Notes: generated by a model from the sequence alone, not told the origin. Counted from the stretch's first letter, positions 9,538 to 18,606 are shown. The stretch: 32,000 nucleotides of DNA from an archaeon (GCA_024275415.1 JAJRZD010000099.1:1-32000); one strand, 5' to 3'. Numbers and translations are program-made.

Positions 9538-9677
9538 GAACACATTACCTCCACATTAGATTGGGGCACCTGCCTGTTTAGTGTGGCAGAATGACAGTTA
9601 ACCTGTTTAACGTTGACCTTTGGACAATCCCAAATCCTTTTCAACACCAATGTATCGAGCGCACATCGGTGGGTCTA

Positions 9678-11240
9678 GTGAAGATTATCGAGTGTGTCCC
9701 CAACTTCTCTGAAGGACGAGACAAGAAAGTAATTGATGCGCTTGCGGATGCTATAAAGAGCGTCGAAGGTGTCAGGCTTCTAGATGTCGAGTTTGACCCT
9801 GACCATAATCGTTCTGTGTTCACCTTCATTGGTGAGCCAGCAAAGGTCAAGGAAGCCGCTCTGAAGGCCTCAAAATTAGCCGTTGAAAAGATTGACCTTA
9901 CAAAGCATAGTGGACAGCACCCCCGGATGGGGGCAGTCGACGTGGTTCCATTCATCCCTCTTCATGGAACCACAATCGGTGAATGCATTGCCATATCCAA
10001 GGAGTTTGCTGAGGAGTTCTCAGCGAAATGCAATGTTCCTGTGTATCTATATGCCAAATCTGCAACTCGCCCTGAGCGTGTGGATTTGCCCAACATCAGG
10101 GAAGGCGAGTTTGAAGGACTGCGGGATCTCATCGGAAAGGATCCCGCGAAGGATCCCGACTACGGCCCAAAGGAGATACACCCGACTGCCGGAGCTACTG
10201 CTACCGGAGCTCGTAATTTTCTCATTGCAATTAACTTCAATCTCAGCACCGACGATGTCAGGGTTGCCCAGGTTTGTGCCGATGCTGTTCGCGCGACTAC
10301 AGGAGGCTTTGTGAACGTCCAAGGGATTGGTCTTGAATTGCCTGACAAGAACTGCGCTCAGGTTTCGCTTAATCTCACACACCCGAAGAGGACGAAGATT
10401 CATCAAGTCCTTGAGGTTGTTCGGAATGAGGCACGGAGGTTTGGGGCAACTGTCATAGAAACCGAGATTGTAGGCATGATTCCCCTCTTCGCTCTTCTGG
10501 ATGCTCTGCGATACTATCTTCAGCCCGAGAAGCTTGATGAAAGCATGATCCTAGACCTATACTACTTGGGAGGTTCTGAGGATCCGACAAAGAAAACTTT
10601 CACTGAGATGTCTCTCATCGAGTTTGGCAATCAGGTTCGTAGGGCCCGTGCAACTCCTGGTGGCGGAAGTGTTGCTGCTGCAATCGGTTCCTTTGGAGCT
10701 GCGCTGGTCTGTATGGTCACCGGTCTCTCATTGTCCGGTAGGCGATTCGCTGCCATAAAAGAAGAGATGCTTGAACACCGTCATGCTGCAGAAAATGACC
10801 GGGGTGTCCTCATGGGGCTCGTGGAAACTGATTCATCCGCCTTTGATGAGGTCATGGCGCTATTCAAAATGCCCGAGGAAACTGAAGCGGAGAAAAAGAA
10901 GAAGGCAGACGCCATTGAGGAAGCCACAATAAAAGCAGCCTCGATCCCTCTAGACACAATGCGCCACTCGTTCAACGCCATGATACATGCGAAGGCCGCA
11001 GCAGCGAAAGGGAATGCGAATGCAATCACAGATGCAGGCGTAGCGGCACATGCGCTCATGGCCGCAATGGAAGGTGCTGCTCTGAACGTACGAATCAACC
11101 TTGGGAACATAAGAACCAAAGAGTTCGTCGAGGAAACCGCTGCAGAGGTTGAGAAGCTTCTGACCGATGGTAGGAAGCTCAAGGACGAGATTCTTGAGAT
11201 TGTCGAGGACAGGATGAAGGAACTCCAAGACGCGAGTTAA
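9678..11240 (+). CDS. ftcd: Fused glutamate formimidoyltransferase / formimino-THF cyclodeaminase
   Basis: MKIIECVPNFSEGRD, DHNRSVFT, HSGQHPRMGAVDVVPFIP (formiminotransferase), then ATPGGGSVAAAIG and NAITDAGVA...GAALNVRINL (cyclodeaminase). Start placed at GTG 9678 behind a GGTGG SD rather than 9591. Confidence 0.95.
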   Translation: MKIIECVPNFSEGRDKKVIDALADAIKSVEGVRLLDVEFDPDHNRSVFTFIGEPAKVKEAALKASKLAVEKIDLTKHSGQHPRMGAVDVVPFIPLHGTTIGECIAISKEFAEEFSAKCNVPVYLYAKSATRPERVDLPNIREGEFEGLRDLIGKDPAKDPDYGPKEIHPTAGATATGARNFLIAINFNLSTDDVRVAQVCADAVRATTGGFVNVQGIGLELPDKNCAQVSLNLTHPKRTKIHQVLEVVRNEARRFGATVIETEIVGMIPLFALLDALRYYLQPEKLDESMILDLYYLGGSEDPTKKTFTEMSLIEFGNQVRRARATPGGGSVAAAIGSFGAALVCMVTGLSLSGRRFAAIKEEMLEHRHAAENDRGVLMGLVETDSSAFDEVMALFKMPEETEAEKKKKADAIEEATIKAASIPLDTMRHSFNAMIHAKAAAAKGNANAITDAGVAAHALMAAMEGAALNVRINLGNIRTKEFVEETAAEVEKLLTDGRKLKDEILEIVEDRMKELQDAS

Positions 11241-12325
11241 CTTATCTTTTCAATTATGGCCAGGGATGCTCCCTGGCCAATCTTCACCTTGTAGGGAATC
11301 CCGCCTGCTGATCGGATTGCTTCAGAAACCTCTTCTTCTTTGTTCGGTGCATATGCCAGCATAGTTCCACCTCCACCACTACCATTTATCTTACAGCCTA
11401 GCGCTCCTGCTTTCAGTGCGCTGTCAATCATCATGTCTATCTTTGGGGTCGAACGTGCGAACAAGTATCTGAGGATAGAGTGTTGTTTGTTCAGCAGATT
11501 TCCTATTGCTTTTTCATCCGGATGTCTTTCACTGAGTAAATCTAACGCTCTTGCTGTAAGATTTCGATTCCTTAGCGAACCTTCAGCCATCATGACCTCA
11601 CTATCTGGCAAAGCACAATGAATATCATAGACTCTCTCGACTAGTGTAGTACGACGATTAAAATCAGGAATCTTTGACCTGATATGCGCGTAGCCTGCTT
11701 CAATTGCCTTTCGCATCTTACGAAGGTCTTCTACTGTATCCTTTTTCTGCTGAGAGTCACCTATCACCAACCCGTCGATTTCGGCTGGCAGTCTTGTCAC
11801 TTTCCGGTCAGATTCCATCGACACATGAATGATGCCGCCGTAGATCGAAGCATAGTGATCCATCATTCCCCCACTCTCGCCGAAGCGTTCCACCTCAGCT
11901 TCGAATGCCATCCGGACTAGGTCTTCCTGCTGAGGTTTGCTCCCGCAGATGTGATTCACCAAGAGAGTTGATGCAACCGTCAGTGCGGAAGAGGATGAAA
12001 GCCCGCCTGCGATAGGGACATCCCCCTTGACCTCAATATGCCATCCATGGTCGGGGATGAGGTCATTGTCGAATGCCACATTGAATGCGCTCCTGAGATA
12101 GTCCCTATTGTGCCTATACTCAAGAAGCGTTCCGATAGTGAACTCATCATGTGTCCCAAGATCGAGATAGTCCACAACGATAAGGTCGTCCTCACGGGGG
12201 CAGGCAAAGATGTCAATGCCCAAATCGATTGCTGCGGGAATGACATCCAAGCCGATGTAGTCGCTATGCTCGCCAAAGAGGCATACTCTTGCAGGTGCAT
12301 GGATCTTGAACGGGGAATTGGTCAC
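11237..12325 (-). CDS. GHMP kinase, galactokinase-like
   Basis: APARVCLFGEHSDY, VPIAGGLSSSSAL, GMMDHYAS, KINGSGGGG. Substrate is not certain. Confidence 0.88.
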   Translation of the reverse strand: MTNSPFKIHAPARVCLFGEHSDYIGLDVIPAAIDLGIDIFACPREDDLIVVDYLDLGTHDEFTIGTLLEYRHNRDYLRSAFNVAFDNDLIPDHGWHIEVKGDVPIAGGLSSSSALTVASTLLVNHICGSKPQQEDLVRMAFEAEVERFGESGGMMDHYASIYGGIIHVSMESDRKVTRLPAEIDGLVIGDSQQKKDTVEDLRKMRKAIEAGYAHIRSKIPDFNRRTTLVERVYDIHCALPDSEVMMAEGSLRNRNLTARALDLLSERHPDEKAIGNLLNKQHSILRYLFARSTPKIDMMIDSALKAGALGCKINGSGGGGTMLAYAPNKEEEVSEAIRSAGGIPYKVKIGQGASLAIIEKIS

Positions 12326-12388
12326 TTGACATAATCTCCCTGTTTTGGATTGAGAAACGGATGCTGTCTAGTGATATTTGCGTGTCGG

Positions 12389-12643
12389 TCATGTTCCATT
12401 CTTTTTGATGTATGCTATCTGCTTGCGAGTTTCAAAGCCCAACTTGTCATGGAGTCGGATCGCACCCAGTTTCGCTTGTCCGAAATCCCAGTTTGTCGCT
12501 GCAAACCAGATGACTGGGATTTCGCTATCTCCCTTCTCCATAGCCAATACGCAATGGCATACCGATGTACAACTTTGTCTAATACTCGCTATGCTCGAAG
12601 CATCCTCGCGGGATACAAGCATGATTCTCAAATGTGAGGTCAT
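12389..12643 (-). pseudogene. Eroded GNAT acetyltransferase fragment
   Basis: 84 aa with a GNAT-like start (IMLVSREDASSIASI) and motif-B-like end (AIRLHDKLGFETR), but no acetyl-CoA-binding motif A (RxxGxG) and about half the normal length. Confidence 0.45.
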
Positions 12644-12871
12644 CTTCTTTCCTTGTTTCAGAGGTTTCTTGATTGCAGTTACGAAACTAATAGGATTGAC
12701 CCCCGATTAACCACCTCTCGGATTTGTTGTCTATATCTTTAGTCTATTTGGTCAACTTTTTCTGTTTCGCTGGCATCAAGTTCTTTTCGATCCTACGGGG
12801 TGTTCAATTTTGACATAGGTTGTAAAGACAATAATTAAATCCTCTCACAGATAGCGCTAGAATGAATCCTG

Positions 12872-13645
12872 ATGATCGAAACACTTGGACTGGTCAAGCA
12901 ATTCAATGATTTTGTTGCCGTCAACAATCTATCCTTCACTGTCAGCCCTGGAGAAATATACGGTCTCTTGGGCCCGAATGGCTCTGGAAAGTCAACAACG
13001 ATGCGGATGTTGCTCGGTCTTCTCCGTCCTACCGAGGGGACTGCAAGGATAATGGGTCATGATATCCGTACCAACATAGTGGCGGCAAAACGTGTGATGG
13101 GGTACGTACCTGAGGAACCAGTCCTTCCTGAACGCTTGACAGCGTGGGAATACATCAATTATGTGGCCGACATATGGAGAGTGCCTCGCGGTTCCGAGCG
13201 CGAGCAAGAGATTGAGGAGCTGCTTGTCTTGTTGGATCTCCGAGATGCAAGTGACGATCTCATCGAGACCTACTCAAAAGGAATGTCAAGAAAGACCTCT
13301 CTTGTGGCTGCGCTTATTCATAAGCCACGCGTATTGATCCTTGATGAGGTACAGGCGGGAATTGACCCGAGGGGTGCTGCGACCATCAAGGAGATATTGA
13401 ACGGTCTTCGAAGCCGTGGTGCCACAATTCTCATGTCCACGCATGTCCTTGAGATAGCAGAGCAGATGTGTGATAGGATTGGCATCATCAACAAGGGCGA
13501 GATGATTGCCGAGGGCACAATGGAGGAGCTTCGTGTGAAAGCTGTAGGCCAATCAAGTCTTGAAGAGATATTCCTTGGTCTGACAGGCGGTCCCGACATG
13601 CAACTGATTGCCAAATTCTTAGAGGATGCAGGTGCTTCAACGTGA
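12872..13645 (+). CDS. ABC transporter ATP-binding protein (ABC-2/exporter type)
   Basis: Walker A GPNGSGKST, signature YSKGM, Walker B LILDE, H-loop STH. Confidence 0.95.
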   Translation: MIETLGLVKQFNDFVAVNNLSFTVSPGEIYGLLGPNGSGKSTTMRMLLGLLRPTEGTARIMGHDIRTNIVAAKRVMGYVPEEPVLPERLTAWEYINYVADIWRVPRGSEREQEIEELLVLLDLRDASDDLIETYSKGMSRKTSLVAALIHKPRVLILDEVQAGIDPRGAATIKEILNGLRSRGATILMSTHVLEIAEQMCDRIGIINKGEMIAEGTMEELRVKAVGQSSLEEIFLGLTGGPDMQLIAKFLEDAGAST

Positions 13646-15357
13646 GTTTTCCTGACCTTCTTATTCTTCTCAAGCAAGACCTCCTACAGACGTTTCGTGT
13701 ACGCCGTGTGAAGGGCAAACGCACAGAGCAGAAGAGTGCCCTTCGACGGTTCTTAGGTCCTATCGTTGCTGTCACAATTGGTGTCGTTATCATATGGGCA
13801 CTCGTGATGTTCGGTCCGTTTCTTTGGCCGTTCATTGAAGATGTGCTTCGTTCAGAAGGTGGACTTGGGATTGGAGCGACATTGTTCAACGCCCTGATGC
13901 TCTTTGCATTACTTGGCTCGATAATGATATCTGCGACAACCGTTGGGAACAGTGAGCGCATGGAGTACCTAATGACCATGCCCATCTCACTCCGAACACT
14001 ATTCCTAGAAAAGACTATCATCATCATCTTTTATAACTCCATGATATGGCTCGTCATCGGAACCCCACTGTTCATCGGGTTTAGCATCCTTTCACCCTAT
14101 CCTTACGCTTTCCTCTCAGTTCCCGCTTTTCTCGTTCTCATGCTGGTTCTCGTTTCGATAGGTGTCGCCATAGGCGGTCTACTAGGACTTATTTTCTCTA
14201 GAATACTTGCTGGGAGAAGGGCACTCAAACAGGTAGGCTATGCATTGATGTCCGCCATCGGGATTCTCACAGGAACCTTCTGGTATGTATCGATTTACAC
14301 CGACCAGTCCGGTGAGATGTTCCGATTCATTTTCGAACTTGCAGATATGGTAGGACTGTCTTCAAACCTCACCCCTGGATATGCAGTGAGTGTGCTGACC
14401 CTCGGTATCCTCGTGGGTGTACCACTCACACTCCCCGAACTATTGGTTCCTGTGGTCTATGCTGTCATCGCGTTCGGACTGGTGTATGCTACAGCTATCG
14501 TCAGCGAGGAAGCTCATTACAGTGGATGGCTCGCAAGTGGATCCAAGCGCTCTTCAAAAGTAAAAGTGGAGATTGGCGAACGAACATGGGATCCCCAGCC
14601 TTTCAGACGGCTCAAGTTCAACAACACGATTAGCGTTTCAATTTGGTACAACATCACTTCAATACGGCGCGAGGCACGGGTCTTCACACAGTATCTTCTC
14701 GGTCCAATTCGGTTGGTCATCTGGATGATACTCCCTGCCATAATCGCAGGGGAATCTGCACTGGACATCACAGGATACTTCATCATCGGTGCAGTGATCC
14801 CATTCGCCACATTATATGGGGTTTACTTTGCTGGGTACGAAACTGTCTATGAGGGTAAGAACCTGATGAACTTACAACTGGCTGCTACTAACATGCAGGA
14901 TTATGTCAAAGGCAAGGCACTAAGTGCGGTTCCATTTAGTCTTGCAGCCAGTATCATCGTATCCGTAATCATCGCATTCATCTCGCCATCCCTCATCCTC
15001 TACCTACCTGTTCTTGTGGGTTCCATCACCTTCCTTACTCTCGCGTCCGGATCCATTGCTGCTAACGCTGCTGCAATGGGTGGTGATTTCAAAGCTGAGC
15101 GAATGATCACTAGACAACGCGGGTCTGCAGTGCAGATGCCCATTACTGGTTGGTCCATGATTAGAGCCCAATTATTACCCCTGGTGCTTGGCTTCTTGGG
15201 TATCTATGGTGTAGTGCTCGTAGGTGTGTTCATCCATCCCCTTCTGTCCTATATTGCTGCTCCCGGTTTCATGGCACTCTGCTACCGCCTCTATGGTTCC
15301 TACTCTCACAGTGCGGGTGTCAAGCTCGCACAGATCGAAGCTACCAAGTACCTCTAA
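13642..15357 (+). CDS. ABC exporter permease, multi-pass membrane protein
   Basis: Many hydrophobic helices in two repeated halves. GTGA start/stop overlap with the ATPase gene. Confidence 0.85.
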   Translation: MSFPDLLILLKQDLLQTFRVRRVKGKRTEQKSALRRFLGPIVAVTIGVVIIWALVMFGPFLWPFIEDVLRSEGGLGIGATLFNALMLFALLGSIMISATTVGNSERMEYLMTMPISLRTLFLEKTIIIIFYNSMIWLVIGTPLFIGFSILSPYPYAFLSVPAFLVLMLVLVSIGVAIGGLLGLIFSRILAGRRALKQVGYALMSAIGILTGTFWYVSIYTDQSGEMFRFIFELADMVGLSSNLTPGYAVSVLTLGILVGVPLTLPELLVPVVYAVIAFGLVYATAIVSEEAHYSGWLASGSKRSSKVKVEIGERTWDPQPFRRLKFNNTISVSIWYNITSIRREARVFTQYLLGPIRLVIWMILPAIIAGESALDITGYFIIGAVIPFATLYGVYFAGYETVYEGKNLMNLQLAATNMQDYVKGKALSAVPFSLAASIIVSVIIAFISPSLILYLPVLVGSITFLTLASGSIAANAAAMGGDFKAERMITRQRGSAVQMPITGWSMIRAQLLPLVLGFLGIYGVVLVGVFIHPLLSYIAAPGFMALCYRLYGSYSHSAGVKLAQIEATKYL

Positions 15358-16073
15358 GTTTCGAACTTCGCAATGGTCTTCCCGAGAGGCACAGTGATGT
15401 CGCAGTCGAAATAGAGACCTATCATGGTACTCTCGATGGACACCATCTCATAGTTGTCACTAGGGCCGCTATTGATGTCGATATCCACATCTCCAGACCG
15501 TCCATTCTTGATATCATACTCCAAATAGGCTGCATTCAATACAGCGACATCATATCCCTCTCCTGTAACGCTAGGTATCAACTTCAGGTTAATATTTGGC
15601 CCACTATCAATCCATGCTCCCTCATCATCAAAGGTGCATGTGGCCTTCAAAAGAACCACTTCATCTCTAACCACCTTGGCTGTGAGCTTATTACCTTCCC
15701 ACTCCATCGTGATGTCTGCATGCTTCCTCGGGTATCCCCAGATTTCACGGCCTGCTGTGATAGCGACATCCGTATCTGCATAGCTATGGGAGAAGAACAC
15801 TCCGACCTCTTCTTCGTTGGTTTCCGGATTGTCAAACATACATTTAACGAGCAGTCCTGCTTCCGTGAAAGGGCCTGTTTCTACGCAGGGCATCTTACCG
15901 ACCATGAGGGCAACAAGAGGCATCTGGGAAGGTCTCAACGGATCTGGGAGCAGTGCCTCAACAGTTTCTTCTGGGGGATAGAAAAGGGATAAGAAGAGTT
16001 CCGCGTCTTTATAATGATAGGGCGGTTTTGGGTATAATGGACTTTCTATTGGAGTGCTATATCTCTCACCCAT
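15354..16073 (-). CDS. Acetoacetate decarboxylase-like superfamily protein
   Basis: YPKPPYHY, GPFTEAGLLV, AITAGREIWGYPRK motif. Confidence 0.85.
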   Translation of the reverse strand: MGERYSTPIESPLYPKPPYHYKDAELFLSLFYPPEETVEALLPDPLRPSQMPLVALMVGKMPCVETGPFTEAGLLVKCMFDNPETNEEEVGVFFSHSYADTDVAITAGREIWGYPRKHADITMEWEGNKLTAKVVRDEVVLLKATCTFDDEGAWIDSGPNINLKLIPSVTGEGYDVAVLNAAYLEYDIKNGRSGDVDIDINSGPSDNYEMVSIESTMIGLYFDCDITVPLGKTIAKFET

Positions 16074-16145
16074 GCGACTTCACCGCAATCCATATCACCC
16101 ACGCAACTATTGAATGTGTCGCATCATTCCGAAAGTGCATCAGGA

Positions 16146-17759
16146 TTATCTGTAGCTCTCCATAGATTCTAACCAACTGGCTGGTTTCTCTTTGAGGGGC
16201 TTCCATTTTCCCAACTTCTCATCCCAAAAGTCCAACCAGTCCACGAGCCTCCAATGCCCCCAAATCCTATTTCCTACCAGTTGGATTGATGGATATGGTT
16301 CTATTGGTTCTACCGCTATCGAGAATGCATAGATTCCTCCCTTGGGTAACCTGATTCTCATAAAGAGATTTTCATCTTTATCATAATCGATGAATGTCCT
16401 CGGAAGCCGTAATCCAAGTGCTGAAACACATTCTCCAGCGTTCTTGTCAGTTGTGTATACGATGCATTCCTCCACAAGCCCGATATGATGAACCTCGTAT
16501 CTTTTCACAATTACGTTTTCAGTACGCAGTCTTCTCATCCTGTTAGCAATAGTACTTATCCTCAAACCAAGAACTCTCTGTAGCTGTCGAATGGTCTTGT
16601 TCCCTCGTTCAAACTCTGAAAGAATCTTGATATCAATTCTATCTAGATTCCTCACATCCGAGAATTCCGAAAATGTCATCTCGGGGTATATCTTAGCAAG
16701 GGCATCTCTTTGCATCATCGATGCTTCCATTCTGATGCTATCCCAATCGATTTCCCACTTGCCTAGTGAGGGCACATAGTCAGTCAGGTTCAGGTTATTG
16801 CTTGCCTTGTACCGTTCGAAAACAAACGCATTTACACCATCACGCGCAGCAGTTTCCTTCATCATATTAAGATATGCAAGGTTTCTCGGGTTGTCAGGGA
16901 TACAAAGAGTTGCGAGCACTCCCTTTCCTCTTGTTAGAAGTGATGCCCTTGAGAATATGAAGGGACACCCCTTGAGAAGGTACCAGCAATCCGTAATACC
17001 AGTTCTTTCTGGTGTGAGAGCTACTTGGAAAACCCGAATTCCAATTTTCGCATAGGAAACAAATTCGTATTCGTATAACTGTTCTTTTTCTTTTAGTATC
17101 CTACGCGTTTCACTAATCCACTTCTTTGTAATTCCTGTTCTTTTATTGACCGTTTCAATGCTTGCATACGGTTCTCTCACTAGCGTATCTATGATGGCAA
17201 TCTCTGTTGAATTGATAGGTTGTTCATACTCCGTGGAATATCTTATCAAGAAGTATGCCCAGTCCTGAATTTCCAATCGGATGCCGTGACGTTCCATCTT
17301 AGCAAGTCGCCTGACAAGTCCATCCAAAGCCTGTTCCCTACCAAGATTCCAGAGAAGATTGAAGAATACTCTAGGACGATAACGAATTCCTGATGGAAGT
17401 TGTTCATCTGGACTCTCTCGAACCCAGATCTCAGTCCAATGATCCTTTTCATTTTTGGATAATACCTGTCTTCCGTATTCATATGCCAAATCTCTTCGGG
17501 CTCGCTCATCACTGATAGACGCTGGCAATGCATATTGCATAATCTCTCGTGCAACCACTGCTTTGGAGAATAGATCTGAAAAATCTACGTGTTTATGATA
17601 TAATAGCGAAGTTCCTGTAAAACGAATAGTATCCGTAAATGAATTGGAAGATGGCACATCGTCTTCTATGATCTCCACATTCTCCAACGGGATATGCAAT
17701 CCAAATCTCTTCTTAATATCCTCTACAATCTCGTGAAGAATCCCATCAATGATAGTCAT
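16146..17759 (-). CDS. Large tandem Lrp/AsnC-like wHTH regulator with uncharacterised N-terminal domain
   Basis: Two HTH-like segments (STEIAIIDTL...SIETVNKRTGITKKWISETRRIL; DRIDIKILSEF...TIRQLQRVLGLRISTIANRMRRL). Each is followed by (KI/HI)G(I/L) and an ACT/RAM-like stretch ending in LGKW. Confidence 0.7.
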   Translation of the reverse strand: MTIIDGILHEIVEDIKKRFGLHIPLENVEIIEDDVPSSNSFTDTIRFTGTSLLYHKHVDFSDLFSKAVVAREIMQYALPASISDERARRDLAYEYGRQVLSKNEKDHWTEIWVRESPDEQLPSGIRYRPRVFFNLLWNLGREQALDGLVRRLAKMERHGIRLEIQDWAYFLIRYSTEYEQPINSTEIAIIDTLVREPYASIETVNKRTGITKKWISETRRILKEKEQLYEYEFVSYAKIGIRVFQVALTPERTGITDCWYLLKGCPFIFSRASLLTRGKGVLATLCIPDNPRNLAYLNMMKETAARDGVNAFVFERYKASNNLNLTDYVPSLGKWEIDWDSIRMEASMMQRDALAKIYPEMTFSEFSDVRNLDRIDIKILSEFERGNKTIRQLQRVLGLRISTIANRMRRLRTENVIVKRYEVHHIGLVEECIVYTTDKNAGECVSALGLRLPRTFIDYDKDENLFMRIRLPKGGIYAFSIAVEPIEPYPSIQLVGNRIWGHWRLVDWLDFWDEKLGKWKPLKEKPASWLESMESYR

Positions 17760-17782
17760 TAGGGGTACTCCATTATTCTATG

Positions 17783-18424
17783 CTACTTTTTCTTTTTCCA
17801 GTAGCCTGCAGCTCTCAATACTATTCGTCCAAGGTCAGTAATGCATAGTATATTACCATCCCTCTCTCTTCTCTTTGTAATATACCTCGCTTTTTCTAAC
17901 TCGTTCACATGACCGCTGATAGTGCTAGCGCCTAACTCCGCTCTACTTCCCAGTCTTTTCTGGAGGATGCATCCGTCTTTTTCTTTATTGATTATCCCAA
18001 GTATGTTCTTTTTTGGCAACGTAAGCATCATTCTCTTTATTGGTTGTAACTCAACCACTCCCTGAACATCATTCTTTTCCCCCCTGACCAAATAAACTGG
18101 CGAATTTGAGAAAGCGCCAGCCATATGGAGTGCTACCGTCATGACTCTCGTGCCGAGAGACGCATTAAAGCTAAGGTCGTATTTTCGATATTTGTATGCA
18201 ACCTCTAAGGCTGTCGCTAGGACATCCTGGTAGTCCCACGGATTTACCTCTTTCAAACACACTGGCATCTGACCACCAATATCTTCTTTGATCATCTCCG
18301 CATTTTCTTTTGATTGACTGCTGTGTAAAATAACCAACTTGTCCCACTTTCTCTTGAAAAGCACGAACTTTAGTCTCTCAGGTTCGTATTTGCCCATCGT
18401 TGCGATTTGAACTCGTTCGGCCAT
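17783..18424 (-). CDS. csa3: CARF-wHTH transcriptional regulator (Csa3/DUF6293-like)
   Basis: N-terminal Rossmann-like RVQIATMG...DKLVILHS, CARF motif NASLGTRVM, C-terminal wHTH (QKRLGSRAELGASTISGHVNELEKARYI...ITDLG). Adjacent to the cmr operon. Confidence 0.75.
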   Translation of the reverse strand: MAERVQIATMGKYEPERLKFVLFKRKWDKLVILHSSQSKENAEMIKEDIGGQMPVCLKEVNPWDYQDVLATALEVAYKYRKYDLSFNASLGTRVMTVALHMAGAFSNSPVYLVRGEKNDVQGVVELQPIKRMMLTLPKKNILGIINKEKDGCILQKRLGSRAELGASTISGHVNELEKARYITKRRERDGNILCITDLGRIVLRAAGYWKKKK

Positions 18425-18526
18425 CCCACCAGCTCCGGTTCTTGTTATCCATTATTCGGCATTTTTTCCGTAATTCGGATTCCCAGTCGCAGTTCGAATC
18501 TGCTGTTTTCTCTGTTTTCGGGTCTA

Positions 18527-18549
18527 TCCTTGTTTGAATCAAACAAGGA
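18527..18549. promoter_or_regulatory. Perfect 23-bp palindrome (operator or RNA hairpin)
   Basis: TCCTTGTTTGA-A-TCAAACAAGGA: 11-bp arms around a 1-nt centre. Confidence 0.6.
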
Positions 18550-18558
18550 GGTGGTATA

Positions 18559-18594
18559 GTGATTCCTGGAGAACCCGAAGATCCCCCTTGGTAA
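18559..18594 (+). CDS. Putative 11-aa mini-ORF MIPGEPEDPPW
   Basis: AAGGAGGTGG (18545-18554), then TATA, then GTG ATT CCT GGA GAA CCC GAA GAT CCC CCT TGG TAA. Strongest SD seen in the window, at optimal spacing. Confidence 0.55.
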   Translation: MIPGEPEDPPW

Positions 18595-18603
18595 CCCAAG
18601 GGG
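18584..18603 (+). other. GC-rich hairpin with the mini-ORF stop codon in its loop
   Basis: CCCCTTGG-TAAC-CCAAGGGG, 8-bp perfect stem. Confidence 0.7.
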
Positions 18604-18606
18604 CAA

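Noticed and set aside
18580-18591. DPPW as an N6-adenine methyltransferase motif IV remnant
   Set aside because: The ORF is only 11 codons with its own SD and stop, and no methyltransferase sequence flanks it.
18378-18599. 73-aa minus-strand ORF in the csa3/csx1 intergenic region
   Set aside because: It overlaps the csa3-like start in another frame, has no recognisable motif, and the SD on the opposite strand favours the + mini-ORF.
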